From Ignavibacteria bacterium (GTDB taxonomy: Bacteria; Bacteroidota; Ignavibacteria; Ignavibacteriales; Melioribacteraceae): DNA of 32,000 bases. Where the stretch lies: NCBI GenBank assembly GCA_050117315.1, contig JASFMY010000027.1, positions 5,610-37,609 on the forward strand, given 5' to 3'. Made by a program: the position numbers and the translations under genes. Position 1 is the stretch's first letter; each line of letters begins with the position of its first letter. The notes below the pieces were generated by a model that saw nothing but the letters and a program-made list of their open reading frames with translations, was not told where the DNA came from and ran no database searches. Of the stretch, positions 25,100 to 32,000 are shown one piece after another.

Positions 25100-27505
25100 A
25101 TGCAAACAAAAAGAATGTTCTACTTGCTTGTGCTGTCCTTTCTCATTTATAGCATTAACACAGAAATCATCTATGGGGTAGATGATACTACTTATACGCC
25201 GGAGGGGCGTATGGTAATAGGCCTTGCAACTTCGGCCGTCTGTTATCCGCCTTGTACACCAGATCCTCCTGATCCCTGTTTCTGTTATATTCTTAGAAAA
25301 TATCCTTCACTTTTTTATGAATGCACAGCAAATAATTGTTTTGGTTATGCTTTTTCCGAAAGCGAAGGAGACATCCCGTTATCTATTGGTAGTTATAACC
25401 AGGCAATAAAATTTTGGACAGATGGTGCCTGGTCCAACGATGGTCTACCTTCATACATAGCATTATCCGGGACAGATACATTAGATGCAACACATGTTGT
25501 TTATTATACGTCCAGTATAGATACTCCTGCACACGCGGCAAGGGTAATTCAAAATGATTATCCGAAACCAATAATCGCAGGCTACGAGGACTATATATAT
25601 GTATCTCAATTTAGCTGTGAAGGCTTATACCAACACAATGCAAATAACAAATATAAATCCAGGCAAAGGACGTATTTTAAGCTTAAAACAGAGCATAGCG
25701 GTACACTAAAAAAATATGACGGGTATTCTATTACCAGAAAAACCTGGATTGGCGCGGGTGGAATAACCCACACGGTAACCGGTACCGTAACCGTCCCGGA
25801 AGATGTTATTTTGTACATAAAACCCGGTGCAACCGTCGAGTTTGCTTCGGGTGCAAGTCTTATAGTTGATGGGGGCACACTTATTGCGGAAGGCACTGTC
25901 GACAATCCCATTACCTTTACACGTAGCGGGAGTTCGGGAAGCTGGGGTGCTATTGTATTAAACGGTTCGGGGGCAGCCGGCTCAAGTTTAAAATACGTGA
26001 ATATGCAATACGGCACTAATATTCAGGTTGGAAACACCTCAAATGTTATAATTAATCATTTAACAATGCAGAATTGCTCGGGAATTCAAGTAATAAATAG
26101 TTCTTCAAATATCACGGTAAAAAACTCTTCCGTCAAGAACTGCACAAATGGCATTAGCTTTACAAGTTCTACCGGTTCTGTGCTTAATGATACTATATCG
26201 TATATAACTTATAACGGCATAACAGTCCAGAATGCATCTACTGTAACCTGTAATGAAAACAAGATTAAGAACTGCAGTAGAGGAATTTATTATACGGGCG
26301 GTTCACAAAGGGATATTGGAGAAAACGATATAGCCTACTGTAGTTACGGTATGTACATTGCAAATTGTTCAAATATCAAATTCAAGAATGTTAACCCTGT
26401 TATAAATAACCGGATAACAAACACTACGTGGTGTGGGATATATATCAGTAATAGTCGGCCGTATTTTTATGACGGTATGTATGCATTTGGTTATAACAGT
26501 ATTTATGACAATGATGAGTATGATCTTATTTATGTTAACGGCGGCGGTTATACGATAGATGCAATAGGTACATATTGGGAGGGGGGAGATCCGGCTAATG
26601 CAATCATTCAGCAAAGCGTGCCGAATTCCCCGCTTGTTACATCTCCTTATCTCTCTACCAATCCCTGGGAGGGTATTCCGTTACCTAAACAAAATGCCGA
26701 ATCTTTTTCGATAATTGCCGAGCCATTATATGACGGACTTCATTTTCAGGGAGATAACAATTTTAGTGAAGCAAAAAATTTCTTTGTCTCTTATCTCAAA
26801 GATAATCCTGATGATTTTCGGGCACAGGTAGAACTATATAATTGTTATAATAAAGCAACGGCAAAAGAAATAATCAACTACTTTGAAAAACTTCCGGGAA
26901 ATGCTACCGAACAAAAGTTTCTTCTTAGTTACCTCTATTTGAAACAGGGGATGATGAAATCTGCAAAAGAATTGAACGAAAAAATTGTTTCACAAAATAG
27001 GAATACGGAATTTGAAACAAGGGGCAAACTCAATAATTTTTATATAACGCTACATAATAATAATGACCCGGTTTCAGCAGCATCAATTCTCAATGACTTA
27101 TTAGGCAAAAAAGATTCTCCAATGATATCTGATATTTTATATGCAAAGCATGTTCTTGAGACATATGTTGATCCCGGAACTGGAATAAATCCCGATTTTG
27201 ATGCTGGGGTATGTTCGGATGAGTTTGTTGCTGACAAAACAATAGAATGTAAACTACTGCAAAATTATCCAAACCCGTTTAACCCTGAAACCGTGATAGA
27301 ATATTTTTTACCAACCGATGGATTTGTATCGTTAAAAATATACGATATTCTTGGGAAGGAAGTTGCATCCTTAGTTAATGAAGAAAAAACTGCAGGTAGT
27401 TACATGGTGAATTTTAACGGGGATTACTTATCAAGCGGAGTTTATTTTTATCAATTAAAATACGGTACCTTAGTAGAATCAAAGAAAATGATTTTATTGA
27501 GATAA
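25100..27505 (+). CDS. Secreted right-handed parallel beta-helix repeat protein with TPR-like region and T9SS C-terminal sorting domain
   Basis: TAGGAGG RBS. Signal peptide. Repetitive beta-helix coils (NPITFTRSGSSGSWGAIVLNGSGAAGSSLKYVNMQYGT; NCSGIQVINSSSNITVKNSSVKNCTNGISF...). C-terminus LLQNYPNPFNPETVIEYFLP...SGVYFYQLKYGTLVESKKMILLR matches the Por_Secre_tail (TIGR04183) pattern. Confidence 0.88.
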   Translation: MQTKRMFYLLVLSFLIYSINTEIIYGVDDTTYTPEGRMVIGLATSAVCYPPCTPDPPDPCFCYILRKYPSLFYECTANNCFGYAFSESEGDIPLSIGSYNQAIKFWTDGAWSNDGLPSYIALSGTDTLDATHVVYYTSSIDTPAHAARVIQNDYPKPIIAGYEDYIYVSQFSCEGLYQHNANNKYKSRQRTYFKLKTEHSGTLKKYDGYSITRKTWIGAGGITHTVTGTVTVPEDVILYIKPGATVEFASGASLIVDGGTLIAEGTVDNPITFTRSGSSGSWGAIVLNGSGAAGSSLKYVNMQYGTNIQVGNTSNVIINHLTMQNCSGIQVINSSSNITVKNSSVKNCTNGISFTSSTGSVLNDTISYITYNGITVQNASTVTCNENKIKNCSRGIYYTGGSQRDIGENDIAYCSYGMYIANCSNIKFKNVNPVINNRITNTTWCGIYISNSRPYFYDGMYAFGYNSIYDNDEYDLIYVNGGGYTIDAIGTYWEGGDPANAIIQQSVPNSPLVTSPYLSTNPWEGIPLPKQNAESFSIIAEPLYDGLHFQGDNNFSEAKNFFVSYLKDNPDDFRAQVELYNCYNKATAKEIINYFEKLPGNATEQKFLLSYLYLKQGMMKSAKELNEKIVSQNRNTEFETRGKLNNFYITLHNNNDPVSAASILNDLLGKKDSPMISDILYAKHVLETYVDPGTGINPDFDAGVCSDEFVADKTIECKLLQNYPNPFNPETVIEYFLPTDGFVSLKIYDILGKEVASLVNEEKTAGSYMVNFNGDYLSSGVYFYQLKYGTLVESKKMILLR

Positions 27506-27532
27506 AAAAGCTTAATGGCACAAATATAGGCA

Positions 27533-27560
27533 AATTGTCCCGAGGTCCATGCCATTGATT
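27533..27560. repeat. GC-rich repeat, copy C (3' module only)
   Basis: aattgtcccgaggtccatgccattgatt matches copy A (aattgtcccgaggttcataccattgatt) at 26 of 28 positions. Same strand as copies A and B. Confidence 0.7.
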
Positions 27561-27643
27561 AAAACTTGACCCGTTAATGGTTAACGAAGTTTAATTTGAG
27601 GAGACCGTCAGCAAGTTTAGATTAAATTGCCGGCTATGGTCTT

Positions 27644-27791
27644 CTCATATAGTCAATACTGTCAACTTAAGACTATATTGTTGTTATATATGAGTCATTC
27701 CCGAGTGCCTTTATCGGGAATCTTGCAGCAAAATAGCTCCCGTGTAAACCCATCACGACAATCTTTAAGTTGACAGCATTGCTCATATAGT
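27644..27791. mobile_element. MITE-like element: 128 bp with ~19-bp terminal inverted repeats, flanked by a 10-bp direct repeat
   Basis: CTCATATAGT occurs at 27644-27653 and again at 27782-27791. The left end caatactgtcaacttaaga matches the reverse complement of the right end, caatgctgtcaacttaaaga, with 1 mismatch and 1 indel. Internal perfect 8-bp hairpin attcccga-N9-tcgggaat. No ORF. Confidence 0.55.
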
Positions 27792-28058
27792 AAGGGACGT
27801 TAAGTTATAGCTCTGGAAGTTGGCTTTTCATTGCTGTGAGATGCGTATTTACTGCAAAAAAGAAGTTAATTTAATGGTAACAGTAATTCATTAAAAATCC
27901 TCACAATATTATTTCCTGAAAAGAAGTCATTAAAATAAGATATACAAATATTTTTCTTGACTATAATGCTTATTTAGACTAGGTTTAAATAAGAAAAGTG
28001 ACGTTCTAGTCTAATTTGAAAATGAAAACAAATAAAAAAATAACTTACCGGTATAATT

Positions 28059-28304
28059 ATGCACCGTGCTTACGTTATTATGAAAGTGGTTAGACCTTTT
28101 TTCAATAGTACGAGAATAAGCTATAGCGGGAATTCGATTGACGGTGCTTACGATCAAGAAGTTGGAGCAATAGCTCAGACTGTAAATCAAGATAACAGAG
28201 CATATTCCTACATTTTTGCTTCGATGAAATATACAGGCAGTATGTATGTATCTCATAAAATAGCTGTAGATTATCAGGAATATCGTGATTATGGTATGCC
28301 GTGA
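28059..28304 (+). CDS. Hypothetical 81-aa protein (weak call) inside an orphan promoter-to-terminator unit
   Basis: This is the only plus-strand ORF of 60 aa or more between a TATAAT box (27962) and a strong plus-strand terminator (28396-28434). It has no convincing RBS. An equally long antisense ORF shows this region is permissive for ORFs. A 23-codon ORF (28022-28093) overlaps its start. Confidence 0.3.
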   Translation: MHRAYVIMKVVRPFFNSTRISYSGNSIDGAYDQEVGAIAQTVNQDNRAYSYIFASMKYTGSMYVSHKIAVDYQEYRDYGMP

Positions 28305-28395
28305 TCCGGTATATGTTTACGGTCCGTCTTTACCAGGGAGATTATATTTGTATTGAAACAGAATTCTAAATAAAGCATATACTGGCTCTCTTGTG

Positions 28396-28434
28396 ATTTG
28401 GGTGTCGTATCGGGAACGGCGCCCAAATTTTTTT
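28396..28434 (+). terminator. Strong rho-independent terminator
   Basis: Stem atttgggtgtcg (28396-28407) pairs with cggcgcccaaat (28417-28428), two of the pairs being G-U. It is followed by a run of seven T (28428-28434). Confidence 0.8.
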
Positions 28435-28509
28435 GACCTTTTTATAATCTAGACTTAGTCTGAATAAAGATAGCTTGTGCTATTAGAACAGATCATAAAC
28501 GGAGAAAAT

Positions 28510-28857
28510 ATGGAAATAACAAGAATGATGACAATCGCAGAAAACGGTAAAGTTAATATAAAACAAACCGATTGCGGTCAAGTTTACCTTTACTATGATA
28601 ACGTAAGAATTTATTTCAACAAAGGTGCTTTCCTGAATTTTTTGATTGAAGTTGATAATTGGTGCATCAAAAAAGAAAACGGACAAAATTCTGAGCTTAT
28701 GATTAAAGCTTCCCGTTTTAGCTTAAAAATAAAAGATGAAGATATAGATACCTTTATTGAATCGGTGAGAACAGCGGCATATAATATTATTCCCGTTTTA
28801 AGTCTGTATAAGAAAATTAATTCTAATAATGAATTTTTAAAAAATAGAATTAATTAA
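28510..28857 (+). CDS. Small hypothetical protein (115 aa), paralog 1 of a CG-motif family
   Basis: ATG at 28510 behind GGAG (acggagaaaatATG) is preferred over the GTG at 28477. Collinear motif pattern with the 110-aa ORF at 29969: DCGQVYLYY...IYF...FLNFL...DEDIDTFIESV versus TCGTFNLTY...VHL...LLRVL...PEDFNSFYKVI. Confidence 0.65.
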   Translation: MEITRMMTIAENGKVNIKQTDCGQVYLYYDNVRIYFNKGAFLNFLIEVDNWCIKKENGQNSELMIKASRFSLKIKDEDIDTFIESVRTAAYNIIPVLSLYKKINSNNEFLKNRIN

Positions 28858-29071
28858 AGTACTGGGTATTTAAGGGAATTAACAACCTCTATTCCATAAT
28901 GCTTTGCTGAGTGAACTATCGGTTGAGCTTTTGGTTTTTTCTGTTGCACAGCATCTGTTATTATAACCAAGAGAAAAAATATAAATAAAGTTTGAAGAAG
29001 AGGAGTAAAAAATTTTTTTGACTGATTATTGATGCTAAGCCTAAATAGAAATAGTGATAAAAAAAAGTGAT

Positions 29072-29890
29072 ATGAAAAAAGATATTTGTAATAATCTTAA
29101 CGGATCAGCAGAAACTTTGCTTATTCCGTTGTGGGCAAGAGCTCAGGAAACCCTCCAGCCGGATGCAATCATCAAAGATGAAAAGGCAAGGGAGATTATT
29201 GCAGAAGTTAACTACGATAACTCAAAATTTAAGAATGCAGATTGTTTATCGCGGTTTGGCATTGCAGTACGTACTATGCTTCTCGATAAGGCCGTAAAGG
29301 ATTTTATCAATAAAAACGAAAATGCTGTAATTATTAATATGGGTGCAGGCCTGGATACAAGGATTTGCAGAACGGATAATGGTAAAATTCTTTGGTACGA
29401 TATTGATTCGCCCGAAGTTATTGAATTTCGCAAAAATTTTTTCAGCGAAACAAGCAGACACAAAATGATTGGGAAATCAGTACTTGATTATTCATGGATT
29501 GATGAAATAGACAGTAACGGGAGGCCTTTGCTTTTTATTGTTGAAGGTTTGCTGATGTATCTAGATAAAATAGATGTTTTGGAATTTATGATAAATATAG
29601 CAGATACCTATCCCGAAGCTGAAATGTTATTTGAAATATTAAGCCCGTGGCTTGTTAAAAATACTTCCCCAAATGCTCCGGTAAGCAAAACAACATGTGC
29701 AAAATTAAAATGGGGTGTCGCTGACGGCAGACTTGTTGCTGATTTTTACTATAAGATAAGGTTCATAGAGCAGTGGAATTATCTTGATTTTCATAAAGAT
29801 CGGTGGGGAAGAATGAAATGGCTTGGAGTTTTTCCCTGGCTAAAAAAGAAACTGGACAACCATATTGTTCATGTGAAATTTAAGCAATAA
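29072..29890 (+). CDS. Class I SAM-dependent methyltransferase, TcmP / leucine carboxyl methyltransferase-like (COG3315-type)
   Basis: N-terminal GSAETLLIPLWARAQE motif and SAM-binding INMGAGLDTR, then LFIVEGLLMYL. ATG at 29072 is preferred over the GTG at 29054. Confidence 0.75.
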   Translation: MKKDICNNLNGSAETLLIPLWARAQETLQPDAIIKDEKAREIIAEVNYDNSKFKNADCLSRFGIAVRTMLLDKAVKDFINKNENAVIINMGAGLDTRICRTDNGKILWYDIDSPEVIEFRKNFFSETSRHKMIGKSVLDYSWIDEIDSNGRPLLFIVEGLLMYLDKIDVLEFMINIADTYPEAEMLFEILSPWLVKNTSPNAPVSKTTCAKLKWGVADGRLVADFYYKIRFIEQWNYLDFHKDRWGRMKWLGVFPWLKKKLDNHIVHVKFKQ

Positions 29891-29968
29891 AAGGGCTGGA
29901 AAGAATTTTGATTAACCGGTAATTCATTAAACGAAATTATTAAGAAAACTTTAACATGAGGCCGATAT

Positions 29969-30301
29969 ATGAAAGAACATAAACAAACTCTTCTGGCAAA
30001 AGAGAAAAAATGTTCGGTAAATAGATGTACATGCGGAACATTTAATCTTACTTATCATTTCACTACAGTTCATCTGTCGTTTGACAGCTTGCTGCGTGTT
30101 TTGGAAATAGCATACAATCATGAGTCAAAGGGCAACTTGAATAAATCGAAACAGCCTTTAAAAATTTCCTTTGGAACATCGGCATTATTCATTCTGCCGG
30201 AAGATTTTAACAGCTTTTACAAAGTAATAGAAGATGCAACTTCAAAAGAAATGAATATAGGTAATTTAGTTTATAACAAAAGTAATCAAATTAAAAACTA
30301 G
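29969..30301 (+). CDS. Small hypothetical protein (110 aa), paralog 2 of the CG-motif family
   Basis: See 28510-28857. Ends 9 nt before the flavodoxin gene. Confidence 0.65.
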   Translation: MKEHKQTLLAKEKKCSVNRCTCGTFNLTYHFTTVHLSFDSLLRVLEIAYNHESKGNLNKSKQPLKISFGTSALFILPEDFNSFYKVIEDATSKEMNIGNLVYNKSNQIKN

Positions 30302-30310
30302 GGAGTAATA

Positions 30311-30820
30311 ATGGACAAAATTGGTCTTTTTTACGGGTCAGATACCGGGAATACGGAAAAAATTGCAGAAATAATTTCTGAGAAAGTCGGAAAAGACAAT
30401 GTTGATGTTTTTAACCTACAGAATACAACAACAGACACTATGAATAATTATTCCAAACTAATTTTGGGAGCTCCAACCTGGTATGACGGAGAGCTGCAGA
30501 GCGACTGGGAAAGCCATTTTGATAATCTCGATGATATTGATTTCAGCGGCAAAACAGTAGCATTTTACGGCCTTGGTGATCAGTTCGGCTACTCGGAGAA
30601 TTTTTTGGATGCGATAGGAATAATTCACGATAAACTTGTTGAAAGAGGAGCAAATATCGTCGGACATTGGCCTACGGACGGTTATGAGTTTGAAGAGTCG
30701 AAAGCTGCTCGTGATGGTAAGTTTGTAGGGCTTGCATTGGATGAAGACAACCAGAGTGAAATGACTGACGAGCGTATTGACAAATGGTTGGAACAGATAA
30801 AAGCTGATCTTGAATTTTAG
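30311..30820 (+). CDS. fldA: Long-chain flavodoxin
   Basis: FMN phosphate-binding loop IGLFYGSDTGNTEKIAE. PTWYDGELQSDW and FYGLGDQFGYSENFLDA motifs. 169 aa. GGGAG RBS. Confidence 0.9.
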   Translation: MDKIGLFYGSDTGNTEKIAEIISEKVGKDNVDVFNLQNTTTDTMNNYSKLILGAPTWYDGELQSDWESHFDNLDDIDFSGKTVAFYGLGDQFGYSENFLDAIGIIHDKLVERGANIVGHWPTDGYEFEESKAARDGKFVGLALDEDNQSEMTDERIDKWLEQIKADLEF

Positions 30821-30838
30821 GTTGTTCCCGTTATGGTG

Positions 30839-30868
30839 TATGCAGGGATACTTTAGTTTCCCTGCATA
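30839..30868 (+). terminator. 10-bp perfect hairpin after fldA (candidate terminator or attenuator)
   Basis: tatgcaggga (30839-30848) and tccctgcata (30859-30868) are exact complements. The T-run (ttttt) begins only about 12 nt later, so termination efficiency is uncertain. Confidence 0.45.
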
Positions 30869-30905
30869 AACCGCAGAATTTTTGAATTTGAAAAAGGAAA
30901 AGAAA

Positions 30906-31694
30906 ATGCTTAACAGGTTGGTAATTAACTTAACGTTGCTGCTGATGTTTATTCCGTCACAATTATTTACACAGGTAAATCTTAGCGGAAGAGATATAAT
31001 GGTCAAAGTAGATGAAAAACCTGATGGTGATGACATGTATTCAACTCTCAAAATGACTTTAATTAATAAGCGGGGGAAAAAACGTGAACGTATAATTGCA
31101 TCCTGGTCAAAAGACTATGGTAAGGATAAGAAAACCGTTATGTATTTTCGTAAGCCGGCTGACGTGAGAGGTACAGGCTTTCTTTCGCACGAATGGGATG
31201 ATCCGTCCCAGGATGATGATCGTTGGCTTTATCTTCCTGCATTAAAAAAAGTAAGACGTATCAGCGGGTCATCCAAGAATGATTATTTCATGGGAAGTGA
31301 TTTCACTTATGACGATATGGGTGACCGTTCGGTAGATGAAGACAAACATCTGCTTTTAAAAGAAGAGACTATTGACGGGTTTACATGCTGGGTAATAGAG
31401 TCGCAGCCGGTTGATGAAAATTATATGTATTCCAAAGTAATACGTTGGATACGTCAGGATGCACTAATATCGGTTAAAACTGAATTTTATGACCGGCGCG
31501 GTGAATTGTTGAAATCGTTGACTGTCTCGGATATCAGGAAACATCAAGGTTACTGGACTATATTCAAGATGCATATGGACAACATACAGGAAAACCACCA
31601 AACAATACTCGAATTCGATGAAGTAAACTACGACACAGGTATAAAGGATAACCTCTTCAAGGTTTCCACACTTGAGCGTGGAAGGATAAAATAA
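30906..31694 (+). CDS. LolA-like outer-membrane lipoprotein-sorting family protein
   Basis: Signal peptide MLNRLVINLTLLLMFIPSQLFTQ. Motifs typical of this family: RDIMVKVDEKPDGDD, W.YLPALKKVRRISG, DFTYDDM. ATG at 30906 behind AAGGA is preferred over the TTG at 30882. Confidence 0.7.
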   Translation: MLNRLVINLTLLLMFIPSQLFTQVNLSGRDIMVKVDEKPDGDDMYSTLKMTLINKRGKKRERIIASWSKDYGKDKKTVMYFRKPADVRGTGFLSHEWDDPSQDDDRWLYLPALKKVRRISGSSKNDYFMGSDFTYDDMGDRSVDEDKHLLLKEETIDGFTCWVIESQPVDENYMYSKVIRWIRQDALISVKTEFYDRRGELLKSLTVSDIRKHQGYWTIFKMHMDNIQENHQTILEFDEVNYDTGIKDNLFKVSTLERGRIK

Positions 31695-31728
31695 AAAGGA
31701 ATGCTGAATCTTCATAACGGAAACCCCA

Positions 31729-32000
31729 ATGAGTCTTAATCGCAACAGAATACTGGGTTTAATAATATGTTTTACATTTATCTGTCAACCGGGTATCCTT
31801 GCCCAGTTACAGGTCAATGGTTTCGTCGATAGTTACCATGCCGTCCGCATAAAAGCTCCGAATGACTTTCTTAGTTCACGTAATCGTGTGCGTCTGGAAA
31901 CTCATCTGGAATTAGATAATACTTATTTGTTCTTTTCATTTAATTCTTTGCAGAACAATGTTTTATCGGGATTAACCGGGACAGAGCTGCGGGAAGCATA
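31729..32000 (+). CDS. Signal-peptide protein, probably an outer-membrane beta-barrel (3' end outside the window)
   Basis: ATG at 31729, and the frame stays open to the window end. It is absent from the ORF track because it has no stop. Translation: MSLNRNRILGLIICFTFICQPGILAQLQVNGFVDSYHAVRIKAPNDFLSSRNRVRLETHLELDN... The alternating pattern after the signal peptide is beta-strand-like. Confidence 0.55.
   Translation, partial: MSLNRNRILGLIICFTFICQPGILAQLQVNGFVDSYHAVRIKAPNDFLSSRNRVRLETHLELDNTYLFFSFNSLQNNVLSGLTGTELREA

Noticed and set aside
25606-26016. 136-aa minus-strand ORF inside the beta-helix gene
   Set aside because: It is an antisense shadow ORF of a GC-richer, repeat-rich coding segment.
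28155-28185. tRNA-like D-loop string (gcaatagctcagac)
   Set aside because: No acceptor stem, anticodon arm or T-arm can be drawn around it.
28011-28256. 81-aa minus-strand ORF mirroring the 81-aa plus-strand ORF
   Set aside because: The TATAAT box and the strong terminator are both oriented for plus-strand transcription. Neither ORF has good support, so only the plus-strand one is listed, at low confidence.
30458-31051. 197-aa minus-strand ORF spanning fldA, the intergenic hairpin and the LolA-like start
   Set aside because: It overlaps two well-supported plus-strand genes, its composition is low-complexity, and it crosses a terminator-like hairpin.

Overview
AT-rich window from an FCB-group bacterium. 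The evidence is a SusC/SusD pair and a T9SS C-terminal sorting domain with the NYPNPFNP signature. Clear Shine-Dalgarno sites suggest an Ignavibacteria-like lineage rather than classical Bacteroidia, but that is inference only. Left to right: (1) the 3' part of a susC/susD-like locus whose only linked enzyme is a lipoprotein glycerophosphodiester phosphodiesterase. (2) A minus-strand block holding a leaderless WD40-like beta-propeller and a Reg_prop/Y_Y_Y sensor kinase with no receiver or HTH, followed by a tightly linked operon of a leaderless vWA protein (intact MIDAS motif) and a leaderless 770-aa HEFGH zinc protease. (3) umuD-umuC. (4) A PAS/GAF kinase, a PA0069-type radical SAM protein and a HAMP kinase. 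(5) A secreted GH9-like hydrolase. (6) A 1.47-kb stretch with no ORF of 60 aa or more. It contains a frameshifted small secreted ORF, five exactly phased 22-bp repeats, a frameshifted remnant of a kinase paralog, a GC-rich structured repeat and a 19-bp perfect inverted repeat. (7) A beta-helix T9SS cargo protein. (8) About 1 kb of mostly non-coding DNA with a truncated copy of the GC-rich repeat, a 128-bp MITE-like element with 10-bp direct flanks, and an orphan promoter-to-terminator unit. (9) Two distantly paralogous small proteins flanking a TcmP/LCM-like methyltransferase, then flavodoxin, a LolA-like protein and the start of a signal-peptide (beta-barrel-like) gene. I found no rRNA, tRNA, CRISPR array, transposase, integrase or phage gene. 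The items most worth follow-up are the dispersed GC-rich repeat family (3 copies, same strand), the vWA-metalloprotease pair, the 22-bp phased array with its surrounding gene decay, and the small-protein/methyltransferase cluster. All functional calls rest on motif recognition by eye. No database search was possible.
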